Positions 8,867-17,744 of a stretch of 64,000 bases of DNA are shown one piece after another. A program made the position numbers and the translations under genes. Source of the stretch: an uncultured Gemmatimonadales bacterium. GTDB lineage: Bacteria > Gemmatimonadota > Gemmatimonadetes > Longimicrobiales > RSA9. Below the pieces are notes generated by a model. That model saw nothing but the letters and a program-made list of their open reading frames with translations. It was not told where the DNA came from and searched no databases. Position 1 is the stretch's first letter. Every line of letters begins with the position of its first letter. The DNA is taken from assembly GCA_963798085.1 (NCBI GenBank), contig CAWCRS010000001.1:96001-160000 (forward strand), read 5' to 3'.

Positions 8867-10855
8867 CTAACCGGCGCCCTCGCCGGGGACGCGCGTCGCG
8901 GGCGGAGCCGCGGCAGCGGACCGGCGCAGCATCCATCCGTAGAGCAGCACGATCAGCCCGACGAAGCCGAGCACGCCCAGCCACGGTCCTGGCACGAACG
9001 TCTCTGGAACCACAGCGAGCGGCGCGTCCTTCGACGTGGCTACGATGAGGCCGGCGTTGATCACGCCCCAGATGCTCTCGCCTACGATGAGGCCGGACGC
9101 CACGAGCGTGCCCAGCCGTTGCGCACGTCCGGCATCCGGCATGGGCCGGCTGCGCCGGTCGTACCAGTGCGACAGCACCGCACCCACGACTACGGCGAAC
9201 ACCGCGGACATGGGCAGATAAATCCCAATGCCAACAGCGAGCGGCGGGATACGCAGCTTCTTCATTGCACCCAGCACAGCGTCCACCACGATGAGCCCGA
9301 CACCGATGACGGCGCCGATAAGGATCATCTTCCATTCCAGACTGCCGCCGATCACACCCTGCGCCAGCGCCGCAATGAGCGTGGCCTGCGGCGCGGGCAG
9401 CGGGTTCAGGGCGACCACACCGATGTTGGCTGCGCCCGCGAAGCCGTACGCCTTCGCCAGAAGATTCAGCACGGACGGAATCACGGCCGCGCCCGCACCC
9501 ACGCCGACGATCAGCGCGATCTGCTGGCGCATCGGCGAAGCGCCCACGAGCTGGCCGGTCTTGAGATCCTGGAGGTTGTCGTTCGAGATCGTGGCGCACG
9601 CGAAGACGATGGCAGTGACGAAGAGTGCGAGGGCGACGAGCGCGGTGCGATTATCCGCCGTGGGCGGCACTGCGATGGCCAGCACCCAGGCGCACAGCAC
9701 GATCGAGAGGATGCCCACGCCCGAGACCGGACTGTTGGAGGCGCCGATCAGCCCCGCCATGTACCCGCAGATCCCCGCGATCAGAAAGCCGCCGATCAGA
9801 ACGAACGGGACCGCAACCAGCGTGAGCCGCGTCGCATGCTCCGCAAGCACGGTGCCGCCCGCGAAGGTGTACGCGAGCCAGCCCGCCAGCAGCATGCACG
9901 CGCCGGTGAGCGTGAGAATCCAGAAGGGCGAGAGATCGCGATCGAGTTCGTCCTGGCGGCCCGTCGCACGCGACGCCGCAAGGGTGCTGACCAGCCCGCC
10001 TAACACGGGCTTTGCCAGGGTCGCGAGCGTGTAGATCGCGGCCACGCCGATCGTGCCCGCACCAATGAAACGCACCTGCGTGCGCCAGATCGTCAGTGTG
10101 TGCGCCGCCAGCGTGACGCCCGCCGCCGCCGGCTGCATGGACGTGAGGATCGGCACCGTGATGCCCCACGCGATCACCAGACCCGTGAGCATCGCCATGC
10201 CCACCGACAGCCCGACCAGGTGCCCCGCCCCCACCAGCGCAAGCGACCACGCGAAGTCGTATCCGCTCGAGGCCATCGCGCCAATGCGGAAGAACCCGCT
10301 GACCCCGCCCGCTGCAATCCGCGTCGCCGTCACAATCGCGAGCCCCGCAGAAGCGACGGAACCGTAGACCACGGCGCGCAGGCCCTCGCGCGCCTCGCCT
10401 GTTTCGTCCTTCGTCTCGCCCCGCGTACCCGAACCCACCTTCAGCACTTCGGCGGCCGCCACGCCTTCCGGATACGGCAGGTCCGACGTCGTCACCAGCG
10501 CGCGCCGCAGCGGAATCGTGAAGAGCACACCCAGCACGCCGCCGCTCACGCAGATCAGGAACGACTGCCAGAACGGGAAGCCCGTCCACCAGCCGATGAT
10601 CACGAGCCCCGGCAGCACGAAGATGATGGCCGAGAGCGTGCCCGCCGCGGACGCGACCGTCTGCACGATGTTGTTCTCGAGGATCGTCGAGTCCTTCACC
10701 GCGCTCAGCACCGCCATCGAGATCACCGCCGCCGGTATCGACGAGGCGAAGGTCAGCCCGACCTTCAGGCCGAGGTACACGTTGGCCGCCGTGAACAGCG
10801 TCGTGATCAGCGCACCCAGGATCAGGCCGCGGATCGTGAGTTCCCTGGGTTTCAT
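8867..10855 (-). CDS. OPT family oligopeptide transporter
   Basis: ELTIRGLILG...ANVYLGLKVGLTFASSIPAAVISM, ENNIVQTVASAAG, LPYPEGVAAAEVL, NDNLQDLKTG and LPAPQATL, with many TM segments. Confidence 0.95.
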   Translation of the reverse strand: MKPRELTIRGLILGALITTLFTAANVYLGLKVGLTFASSIPAAVISMAVLSAVKDSTILENNIVQTVASAAGTLSAIIFVLPGLVIIGWWTGFPFWQSFLICVSGGVLGVLFTIPLRRALVTTSDLPYPEGVAAAEVLKVGSGTRGETKDETGEAREGLRAVVYGSVASAGLAIVTATRIAAGGVSGFFRIGAMASSGYDFAWSLALVGAGHLVGLSVGMAMLTGLVIAWGITVPILTSMQPAAAGVTLAAHTLTIWRTQVRFIGAGTIGVAAIYTLATLAKPVLGGLVSTLAASRATGRQDELDRDLSPFWILTLTGACMLLAGWLAYTFAGGTVLAEHATRLTLVAVPFVLIGGFLIAGICGYMAGLIGASNSPVSGVGILSIVLCAWVLAIAVPPTADNRTALVALALFVTAIVFACATISNDNLQDLKTGQLVGASPMRQQIALIVGVGAGAAVIPSVLNLLAKAYGFAGAANIGVVALNPLPAPQATLIAALAQGVIGGSLEWKMILIGAVIGVGLIVVDAVLGAMKKLRIPPLAVGIGIYLPMSAVFAVVVGAVLSHWYDRRSRPMPDAGRAQRLGTLVASGLIVGESIWGVINAGLIVATSKDAPLAVVPETFVPGPWLGVLGFVGLIVLLYGWMLRRSAAAAPPATRVPGEGAG

Positions 10856-11142
10856 GGGCGCTCATAGTACGGCGGGCAGGCGTTTCCGTGCGAGGGCCGC
10901 GAACCGCGTTGGACTCCGATGGCAGGCCCGGCTCCCTGGGGCTCGCTCGGCAATGGATCGGACAGCCGGCAATCCGCGGTCGATGGAAGAGCGCAGAGCG
11001 GTCACGGCGCGAACCCCGACACTGCCGCTTTCGTCAAGCCGTTCCGCAGCAACGAGCCCCAGCAACCAGCCCCGGCAACGCAGCCCTTCCGCGCCCTCTA
11101 CTCCTGCTCTCACCCAGGGGTGGAACTGCATCGTTGGATCTA

Positions 11143-11171
11143 TTGACCGGGGAAACCGACGTCGCGACATT
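11143..11171 (+). promoter_or_regulatory. sigma70-type promoter for the downstream small RNA
   Basis: TTGACC (11143-11148), 17-bp spacer, GACATT (11166-11171). The predicted start site falls at ~11178-11179, the first base of the RNA's terminal stem. Confidence 0.55.
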
Positions 11172-11178
11172 TCGCTTC

Positions 11179-11301
11179 GACACGACGCAATCTCCTGGTA
11201 GAGGCGTGTTGGTCAGTACAAAGGTCTGCTATCGTGGCATCGTCTTCGAAAGCGTTTCTGAGGAAAGCTGATTCGTAGGGTTCGAATCCCGCGTCGTGTC
11301 A
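11179..11301 (+). ncRNA. Putative tRNA-like small RNA (~123 nt, non-canonical cloverleaf)
   Basis: Perfect 10-bp end pairing GACACGACGC/GCGTCGTGTC plus an unpaired A. D-arm-like TCTC-CTGGTA-GAGG and T-arm GGG-TTCGAAT-CCC. Lies in an ORF-poor, lower-GC gap between a promoter and a terminator. Confidence 0.65.
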
Positions 11302-11302
11302 T

Positions 11303-11335
11303 TGGGCGAGCCTCTCGGCTCGCCCATTCTATTTC
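11303..11335 (+). terminator. Rho-independent terminator
   Basis: 10-bp stem TGGGCGAGCC-tctc-GGCTCGCCCA followed by TTCTATTTC on the + strand. Confidence 0.8.
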
Positions 11336-11378
11336 TGCCCACACCGCTTCACACCTGCCCGTCCACCGACGTCGCGAC

Positions 11379-12179
11379 TCACCCGGAGTGCAGCCGCGTC
11401 GATACCGCATCCCCGGTCCACGAGGACTCCGGGAAGGAGCGGAACGCACCCCGCCGCCACGTGCCGGCCCGCCGTAGATGCGCCACGGCTTCGCCTCGCC
11501 GGCGCACGCGCAGCTTTTCCAGAATGTTGTGCACGTGATTCTTCACAGTGGAAAGACCAATCCGCAGGCGGCGCGCGATTTCCTTGTTGGAGAGGCCCTG
11601 CTCGATCAGCTCGACGATCTCGCGCTCGCGGGTGGTGAGCGACGCTTCCGTGTCCACCGGGGTCGCGCGCGCATCGGTCAGGTCCGCGACGCGGCGGAAC
11701 AGCATGCCGGCCACGCGCGGTGAGCACCACGCCTCACCTCGCACCACGCCCTCGAGCGTGGCCATGAGATCGCTCAGGCTGGCACTGCGCGGGACATACG
11801 CCGCCACGCCCGACTCCGCACACGCCAGCACCGCACTCTCGTTGTCCTCGACGGCGAAAGCCACGACGTGCATCGTCGCCTGCAATCTGCGCAGCTGACG
11901 GGCGGCCTCGAACGCATCACGCATTGAGATGTCGAGCAGCACCACGTCGGGCGACATCTGCTCCGCCTGGACGAGGGCGCTCTGCGCATCCGTTGCCACG
12001 GCCGCGACGCGCAGGGCCGTGGAGCCATCGAGTGCGCGCGTCAGTCCGTCGCTGAGCAGCCGCACATTGGTGATGACGAGCACACGTATCCCGGCACCGT
12101 CGTGAGGCGCGACTGGGGAGAGAGGAGCGGACGAGGTGGACGGGACCGCATCATCCCGCGGCAGCGATAACCCGGCCAT
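11379..12179 (-). CDS. NarL/FixJ-type response regulator (REC + LuxR HTH)
   Basis: Receiver motif PDVVLLDISM and LuxR HTH LTTREREIVELIEQGLSNKEIARRLRIGLSTVKNHVHNILEKL. Start uncertain. Confidence 0.92.
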   Translation of the reverse strand: MAGLSLPRDDAVPSTSSAPLSPVAPHDGAGIRVLVITNVRLLSDGLTRALDGSTALRVAAVATDAQSALVQAEQMSPDVVLLDISMRDAFEAARQLRRLQATMHVVAFAVEDNESAVLACAESGVAAYVPRSASLSDLMATLEGVVRGEAWCSPRVAGMLFRRVADLTDARATPVDTEASLTTREREIVELIEQGLSNKEIARRLRIGLSTVKNHVHNILEKLRVRRRGEAVAHLRRAGTWRRGAFRSFPESSWTGDAVSTRLHSG

Positions 12180-12429
12180 CGTAACGGCGAATGAGGATGC
12201 GGCGAGGTCGATTCAGGGAAGACCCTCACCGCTGGCCAAGATAGGACTCGCCCTCCGACCGATCAAGAGAAGCGACGCGCGGCCCCGCCGCCGGTGCTGA
12301 ACTGGCTGCCTGGCCTGAAGCCCTGACTACTTCGCTTCCGCCGTCGAATCTGCCCGCTCCAACCGGGCGTAGGGCTACCGTCGGCACCTCGCCACCCGCA
12401 CATTCCCGCGCACACACACAGAGGTACTC

Positions 12430-14877
12430 ATGGCCGAAGCCCTGCACGAACTCCGCCTCGCATTCCGCGTCATGCGGCAGCGCCCGTTGTTCGCGACGGT
12501 CGCGATCGTCTCGCTGGCCGTGGGCCTGGGCGCGAGCACGGCCATATTCAGCGTGGTAAATGCGCTGTTATTGCGGCCGCTGCCCGGGGTGGGCGAGCCG
12601 GATCGCGCGGTCGAGATCGGGCGGACCACAGGCGGCCGCGGCTTCGACACCTTCGCCTACCGCGAAATGCTCGACATCCGCGAGCAGGTGCCATCGCTCG
12701 AGCAGGTGGCGGGCTGGACCATCCGACCGGTCAGCCTGAGTGCCGGCGGCGAGGGGCAGCGCGCGCTGGGCATGCTGACGTCGTGGAACTACTTCGCCGC
12801 GCTGGGCGTGCGCCCGCTCCTGGGTCGCTTCGCCACGCCGGACGAAGACATCGTGGGCGCCCAGGGCGCGGTCGCCGTGCTCTCCTGGCAGTTCTGGCAG
12901 CAGCGCATGGGCGCGGATCCCGGCATCCTCGGCCGCGAAATCTCGATCGACCGCCACGCGTTCACTGTCATTGGCGTAACGCCGCCGGAATTCCGCGGCA
13001 ACGTCGTCGGCATCGCGCCGGATGTCTACATCCCGATCACCACGGCCGGCGTACTCGTTCCCGGCCTCACGGATTTCGACAGTTATCGTGCGAGCTGGTT
13101 CACGATCGTGGGCCGGCTCGCGCCCGGCGGGACACTGCCCCAGGCGCAGGCCGCACTGAACGCGCTGTTTGCCCGCATGCCGCAGGAGGCGGCGGAAGGC
13201 GACCTGCGCAACCTGCGCGGTGCGCGCGTGATGCCGCTCGGTCCGATACCCGGCGCGGGGCGCACGATCGTGACGGCGTTCCTCGGCATGCTGTTCGGCG
13301 TCGTGGGCCTGGTGCTGCTGATCGCGTGCTCGAACGTGGCGGGCATGCTCATCGCTCGCGCCACGGCGAGGGGTCGCGAGATCGCGATCCGTCTGGCGCT
13401 CGGCGCCGGACGCCTGCGTCTCGTGCGACAACTCCTCGTCGAGGCGCTCGCCCTCTTCGTGCTCGGCGGCCTTGCCGGCATTGCGCTCGCGTGGTGGGGT
13501 GTCGGCCTGGTCTCGCGCATTCACCTGCCCGTGCCCATTCCCGTCGACTTCGACTTCCGCCCCGATGGCCGCGTCCTCGGCTTCGGCCTGCTGCTCGCGC
13601 TGTCGAGTGGCGTGATCTTCGGGCTCGCGCCTGCGCTGCAGGCCACACGGTTCGCCGTGGTGGGCGCGCTCAAGAACGAGGCGGCACGCCGCGGCAGCCG
13701 CGGCGGCAGGCTGCGCCGCGTGTTCGTCGCCGCGCAGATCGCGCTCTCCGTCATTCTGCTGGTGTGCGCCGGCCTGTTCCTGCGCTCGCTGCAGCGCGCC
13801 GCGCAGATCACCACCGGCTTCGATCCGGCCGGTGTGCACGCACTGAGCTTCAACCTCGCCATCAATGGGTACGACGACGTCGCCGGCGCCGCCTTCGAGC
13901 GCGACCTGCTGGACCGCGTCCGCAGCGTCCCGGGGATCCCCGCCGCGGCGTTCGCCTCGGACCTGCCGCTCGACGGCAGCAAGAGCGGCGAGCCCGCCTA
14001 CCCCGAGGACAGCGCTGCCGGCCGCCGCCGCGATGGCATGGATGCGTCGTTCTGTGTCGTGAGTGACGGCTATTTCGAGCTGCTGGGCGTGAAACTGTTG
14101 CGCGGCCGCGTGTTCAACAGTGCCGATGGACCGTCTGCGGAGCCCGTCATCGTGGTCAGCCGCAGTTTTGCCGAGAGCGCGTGGCCGGGCAGCGAAGCGG
14201 TGGGCCGGCGGGTGCGCGTCGGTGGACCCGACCAGCCGCTGCGCACGATCATCGGGGTGGTGGACAACGTGAAGAACCAGATGCTGTCCGAGCAGCCCGA
14301 GCCAATGTACTACCTGCCCTTAACACAGCGTTACGACGGCTCCTTGTATCTGCTGACGAAGGGTCCGGGCGATGGCGCCGCCGCCGCCGCGGCCGCGCTG
14401 CGTACCGTGCGCGCGCAGGATCCCCGCCTCTCGCTCACCGAGCCGCAGTCGCTGGCTGCGATCACATCGCTGGGGGTGCTGCCCCAGCGCATTGCCGCAA
14501 GCCTGAGCAGCAGTCTGGGCCTGCTCGCGCTGCTGCTCTCCGCCATTGGCGTGTACGGCGTCATTGCCTTCATGGTGGCGCAGCGCACGCGGGAGATCGG
14601 TGTGCGCATGGCGCTGGGCGCACGCCGGCCCGATGTCTTTGCGCTCGTGCTCCGCGGCGGACTGCTGCTGGCGCTGCCCGGCTTCGCGATCGGCCTGCTG
14701 GCCGCGCTCGCGCTGAGCCGCCTGCTGCGCAGCTTCCTCCTCGGCGTACCGACGCTCGATCCGGTCACGTTCCTCGGCATGCCCGCAGTACTGCTCGTCA
14801 CGATCATTCTCGCCGCGCTCGGACCCGCACGCCGCGCTTCCGCGGTGCAGCCCGTGCGCGCACTGCGCAGCGACTGA
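12430..14877 (+). CDS. ADOP-family duplicated ABC permease (MacB_PCD/FtsX x2)
   Basis: LAVGLGASTAIFSVVNALLLRPLP, LLIACSNVAGMLIARA...REIAIRLALGA and QRTREIGVRMALGA. RBS GAGG. Confidence 0.93.
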   Translation: MAEALHELRLAFRVMRQRPLFATVAIVSLAVGLGASTAIFSVVNALLLRPLPGVGEPDRAVEIGRTTGGRGFDTFAYREMLDIREQVPSLEQVAGWTIRPVSLSAGGEGQRALGMLTSWNYFAALGVRPLLGRFATPDEDIVGAQGAVAVLSWQFWQQRMGADPGILGREISIDRHAFTVIGVTPPEFRGNVVGIAPDVYIPITTAGVLVPGLTDFDSYRASWFTIVGRLAPGGTLPQAQAALNALFARMPQEAAEGDLRNLRGARVMPLGPIPGAGRTIVTAFLGMLFGVVGLVLLIACSNVAGMLIARATARGREIAIRLALGAGRLRLVRQLLVEALALFVLGGLAGIALAWWGVGLVSRIHLPVPIPVDFDFRPDGRVLGFGLLLALSSGVIFGLAPALQATRFAVVGALKNEAARRGSRGGRLRRVFVAAQIALSVILLVCAGLFLRSLQRAAQITTGFDPAGVHALSFNLAINGYDDVAGAAFERDLLDRVRSVPGIPAAAFASDLPLDGSKSGEPAYPEDSAAGRRRDGMDASFCVVSDGYFELLGVKLLRGRVFNSADGPSAEPVIVVSRSFAESAWPGSEAVGRRVRVGGPDQPLRTIIGVVDNVKNQMLSEQPEPMYYLPLTQRYDGSLYLLTKGPGDGAAAAAAALRTVRAQDPRLSLTEPQSLAAITSLGVLPQRIAASLSSSLGLLALLLSAIGVYGVIAFMVAQRTREIGVRMALGARRPDVFALVLRGGLLLALPGFAIGLLAALALSRLLRSFLLGVPTLDPVTFLGMPAVLLVTIILAALGPARRASAVQPVRALRSD

Positions 14878-15806
14878 TGCCGGGTCCGGCGCGGAAACCG
14901 CGCAGGCTCACGTTTGCGCGCGTCCTGCTGGCGCTGCTGCTGCTCCTCGCCGCCGGCGGAGCCTGGTTCGCCTGGGGCATCCGGCCCAGCAATGACCGCA
15001 ACTGGGTGCCCGATCAGGCGCACACGCTGACCGCGACCATCACCGGACCTCGCGTCGTCGTCCACAATGTGCGCAATTTCGACTGGACCGCCGGCGATAT
15101 TCCCTCGCCGCGCTGGGAGGACCGCACGCTCGACCTCGACCGCATCGAGTCCGTCTGGTTCGTGCTCACGCCCTTCGACACGAACTGGCGCGGGCCCGCG
15201 CACGCGTTCCTGAGTTTTGCTTTCGCCGACTCGCAGTACCTCGCCATCTCCATCGAGGCGAGGCGTGAAGTGGGCGAAACCTACTCGATTCTGAAAGGCA
15301 TGCTGAAACGTTTCGAGATTGCGTACATCGCAGGCGACGAACGGGATGTCATCGGCCTGCGCGTCCTGCAGCATCACAGCGAGGTCTACCTGTATCCTGT
15401 CCGCGCCACACCGGAAGCAGTGCGCGAGCTGTTCACCGGCATGCTGCAGGCCGCGAACCAGCTCGCGGCCAAGCCGAAGTTCTACGGCACGCTGCGTGAC
15501 AACTGCACGACGCGCATCCTCGACCACGTGAACGCGATCGCGCCGCACACCATTCCCTACAGCTGGCGCGTGCTGCTGCCCGGGTACTCGGACGGACTCG
15601 CGCTGTCGCTCAACCTGATCGACACGGACCTGCCCCTCGAGGACGCGCGCCAGCGGTTCCATGTGAACGACCGGGTGCGCAGGTTCATCGCCGCGCCGGA
15701 CTTCTCCGAACGCATCCGTGAGCCGGTCGCGACCGCACCGCCCGACAGTACCCCGCCGGCCGCACGCAGCACGCGCACACAGCTGGCTGCCGCCGTGTAC
15801 AACTGA
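14877..15806 (+). CDS. DUF4105 / Lnb-N-terminal-like membrane-anchored protein
   Basis: ATG overlaps the upstream TGA. N-terminal TM followed by PSNDRNW, HNVRNF, AHAFLSF, SIEARRE and FYGTLRDNCTT...LLPGYSD. Confidence 0.8.
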   Translation: MPGPARKPRRLTFARVLLALLLLLAAGGAWFAWGIRPSNDRNWVPDQAHTLTATITGPRVVVHNVRNFDWTAGDIPSPRWEDRTLDLDRIESVWFVLTPFDTNWRGPAHAFLSFAFADSQYLAISIEARREVGETYSILKGMLKRFEIAYIAGDERDVIGLRVLQHHSEVYLYPVRATPEAVRELFTGMLQAANQLAAKPKFYGTLRDNCTTRILDHVNAIAPHTIPYSWRVLLPGYSDGLALSLNLIDTDLPLEDARQRFHVNDRVRRFIAAPDFSERIREPVATAPPDSTPPAARSTRTQLAAAVYN

Positions 15807-15836
15807 CTGTTTGCGGAATCGACAGAGGACGGGACC

Positions 15837-16721
15837 ATGCTTGCTATCGTTCGCCGACCGGCCCTGGTGCTGCTGAGCACGCTGCTGCTGCCCGCCGCGG
15901 TGGTGCGCTGGGGTCACGAAGGACACCTGATGGTGGGGCTGGCCGCGGCCTCCCGCCTGCCGCCCGACATGCCCGCGTTCTTCCGCGATGCGAAGGACGA
16001 GCTGGGCTGGCTCGACTTCGAGCCCGATCGCATGCGCAATCCTGCGCTCGTCGAGATGAACGATGTCATGCAGTACGACCATTTCATCGATCTCGAGAAG
16101 ATTCCCGACGCGGCGCTCGCGGCGCGCAACCGCTGGGCCTATTTCCAGGCGCTGCAGAGTGCGGGCATCGCGCACCCCGAGACCATGGGCTTCCTGCCCT
16201 TCCGCATTGTGGAAGGCTACGAGATGCTGGTGCAGGAGTTCACGCTGTGGCGCAAGGCGACCAATGCGCAGGAGAAGCACTGGATCGAGCAGCGCATCCT
16301 GAACGAGGCCGGCATTCTCGGCCACTTCGTCGCCGATGGCTCGAACCCGCACCACGCCACCATTCACTACAATGGCTGGGCCAGCGGTACGCCCAATCCT
16401 GAAGGGTTCAGCACTGACCACACGATTCACAGCCGCTTCGAGGAGGTGTACGTCTCCTCGCACGTGAAGCTCGATGACGTGATGGCGCGCGTCACAGGGC
16501 CTGCGCGCCAGCTCAATGACGTGCGCGCCGATGTGCTGGCGTACCTGCGCAAGAGCAATTCCCTGGTACGCACGCTGTACGAGCTGGAAAAGAAGGAGCC
16601 CTTCTCGGCTACCACGCAGTCAGCGGATCACAAGGCGTTCGTGGTGGAACGGCTGGCCGCAGGCGCGGAAATGCTGCGCTCGGTGTGGTACACGGCCTGG
16701 CTGAAGAGTGCGACGATGTAG
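15837..16721 (+). CDS. S1/P1 nuclease family protein (secreted)
   Basis: Signal peptide then WGHEGH, HFIDLE, LGHFVADGSNPHH and IHSRFE zinc-ligand motifs of the S1/P1-phospholipase C fold. Confidence 0.85.
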   Translation: MLAIVRRPALVLLSTLLLPAAVVRWGHEGHLMVGLAAASRLPPDMPAFFRDAKDELGWLDFEPDRMRNPALVEMNDVMQYDHFIDLEKIPDAALAARNRWAYFQALQSAGIAHPETMGFLPFRIVEGYEMLVQEFTLWRKATNAQEKHWIEQRILNEAGILGHFVADGSNPHHATIHYNGWASGTPNPEGFSTDHTIHSRFEEVYVSSHVKLDDVMARVTGPARQLNDVRADVLAYLRKSNSLVRTLYELEKKEPFSATTQSADHKAFVVERLAAGAEMLRSVWYTAWLKSATM

Positions 16722-16723
16722 CT

Positions 16724-17236
16724 TCAGCCGTCCTTCTCGATCTCGCGTACTGCGATGATCGCGCTGGTGTTGACGGCGACCGGACCCAGCAGCTTGTCCG
16801 AACCCGCGATCGTCGCCTGCGTTACCGGCAGGAACGCGGGCGCGGCATCGAAATAGTCCGTCAGCCGCTGCTCATCCGCGATGTACAGCCCGGCCTGCAT
16901 CACCACGCCATCGTCCAGTGTCAGCTCGGCCCAGCGCGGTGTCGAGGTAGGCCGCTGATTCGTCGAGATCGGCAGCGCATCGTCCAGCGAGCCCGCCCAC
17001 AGCAGTTTCTCCGTGCGGATCGCCATGTGGGGCAGCACCTGCATGCCCGGGCCGATCCAGCGGGCCTCCGTGATGCTCGTCAGATAACGCCGCGTTTGCA
17101 GGAACACGGCCAGCGACTGCCCTTCCGTGACGTGGATGTTGCCTTCCACGATGCGGCCACCGCGGACCATGAAACGCACCAGACGGCGCGTGAACTGCGC
17201 AAAGGCCCGCGGCCGCTGCATTGGACGAGCATCCAT
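16724..17236 (-). CDS. Hypothetical protein with two tandem DUF6812-like repeats
   Basis: The two halves share a pattern (G.I/LH/Y...Q.L..F...F/YL..T.A...AI/V....I/L). Convergent with the nuclease gene. Confidence 0.6.
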   Translation of the reverse strand: MDARPMQRPRAFAQFTRRLVRFMVRGGRIVEGNIHVTEGQSLAVFLQTRRYLTSITEARWIGPGMQVLPHMAIRTEKLLWAGSLDDALPISTNQRPTSTPRWAELTLDDGVVMQAGLYIADEQRLTDYFDAAPAFLPVTQATIAGSDKLLGPVAVNTSAIIAVREIEKDG

Positions 17237-17744
17237 CGGAAAGTCCTTTTCACGGATCCGGAAAGCGGCGGATGCCGCAATCCTCGCGGCGGGCCGGGCG
17301 TTGTCCTCCCTCCGACCTCGACGTTTCCGGTTTGTCTGATGTTTTCGGCCTCGGCGCGCGTAAGTTGAGGAGTTTGTGACGTGACGCGCCGATTCCGGGC
17401 CCTGCAGGCCGGTTACAGCACCAACGTTGACCGTTCACCGACGCGCGATTATCTTGGCCGCCCTGAACCTCTGAACTGGGGAAAGATGCGTCGATTTTCC
17501 GGAATCCCTCACAGCATGGCACGACCGCGGTGCACCCGCGTCGGTGTCACCAGCGCCGCGCCGTATGCGCGGCGTGATGGGCTGTGCATGAAGCAACCCG
17601 TACTCACCAGCGACGGGAAGCGAGCAGACCAGGAGTAGCGGAATCGCCGCTATTGGCCAGTATCGGCCTCCCGGGTGCTCGGCTCCCGGGAGGCCGCTTC
17701 GTTTGAGACAGGAAACGCAGGACCGCACAACTGCGGAGCTGAAA

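Noticed and set aside
11179..11301. Calling the element a canonical tRNA, tRNA-Sec, tmRNA or YrlA
   Set aside because: It is too long for a tRNA, has no regular anticodon stem with a 7-nt loop, and its T-stem is only 3 bp. The TCA at 11213-11215 is not in a CTTCAAA-type loop. There is no G3-U70 alanine acceptor or tag ORF, and the D-before-T order is opposite to YrlA.
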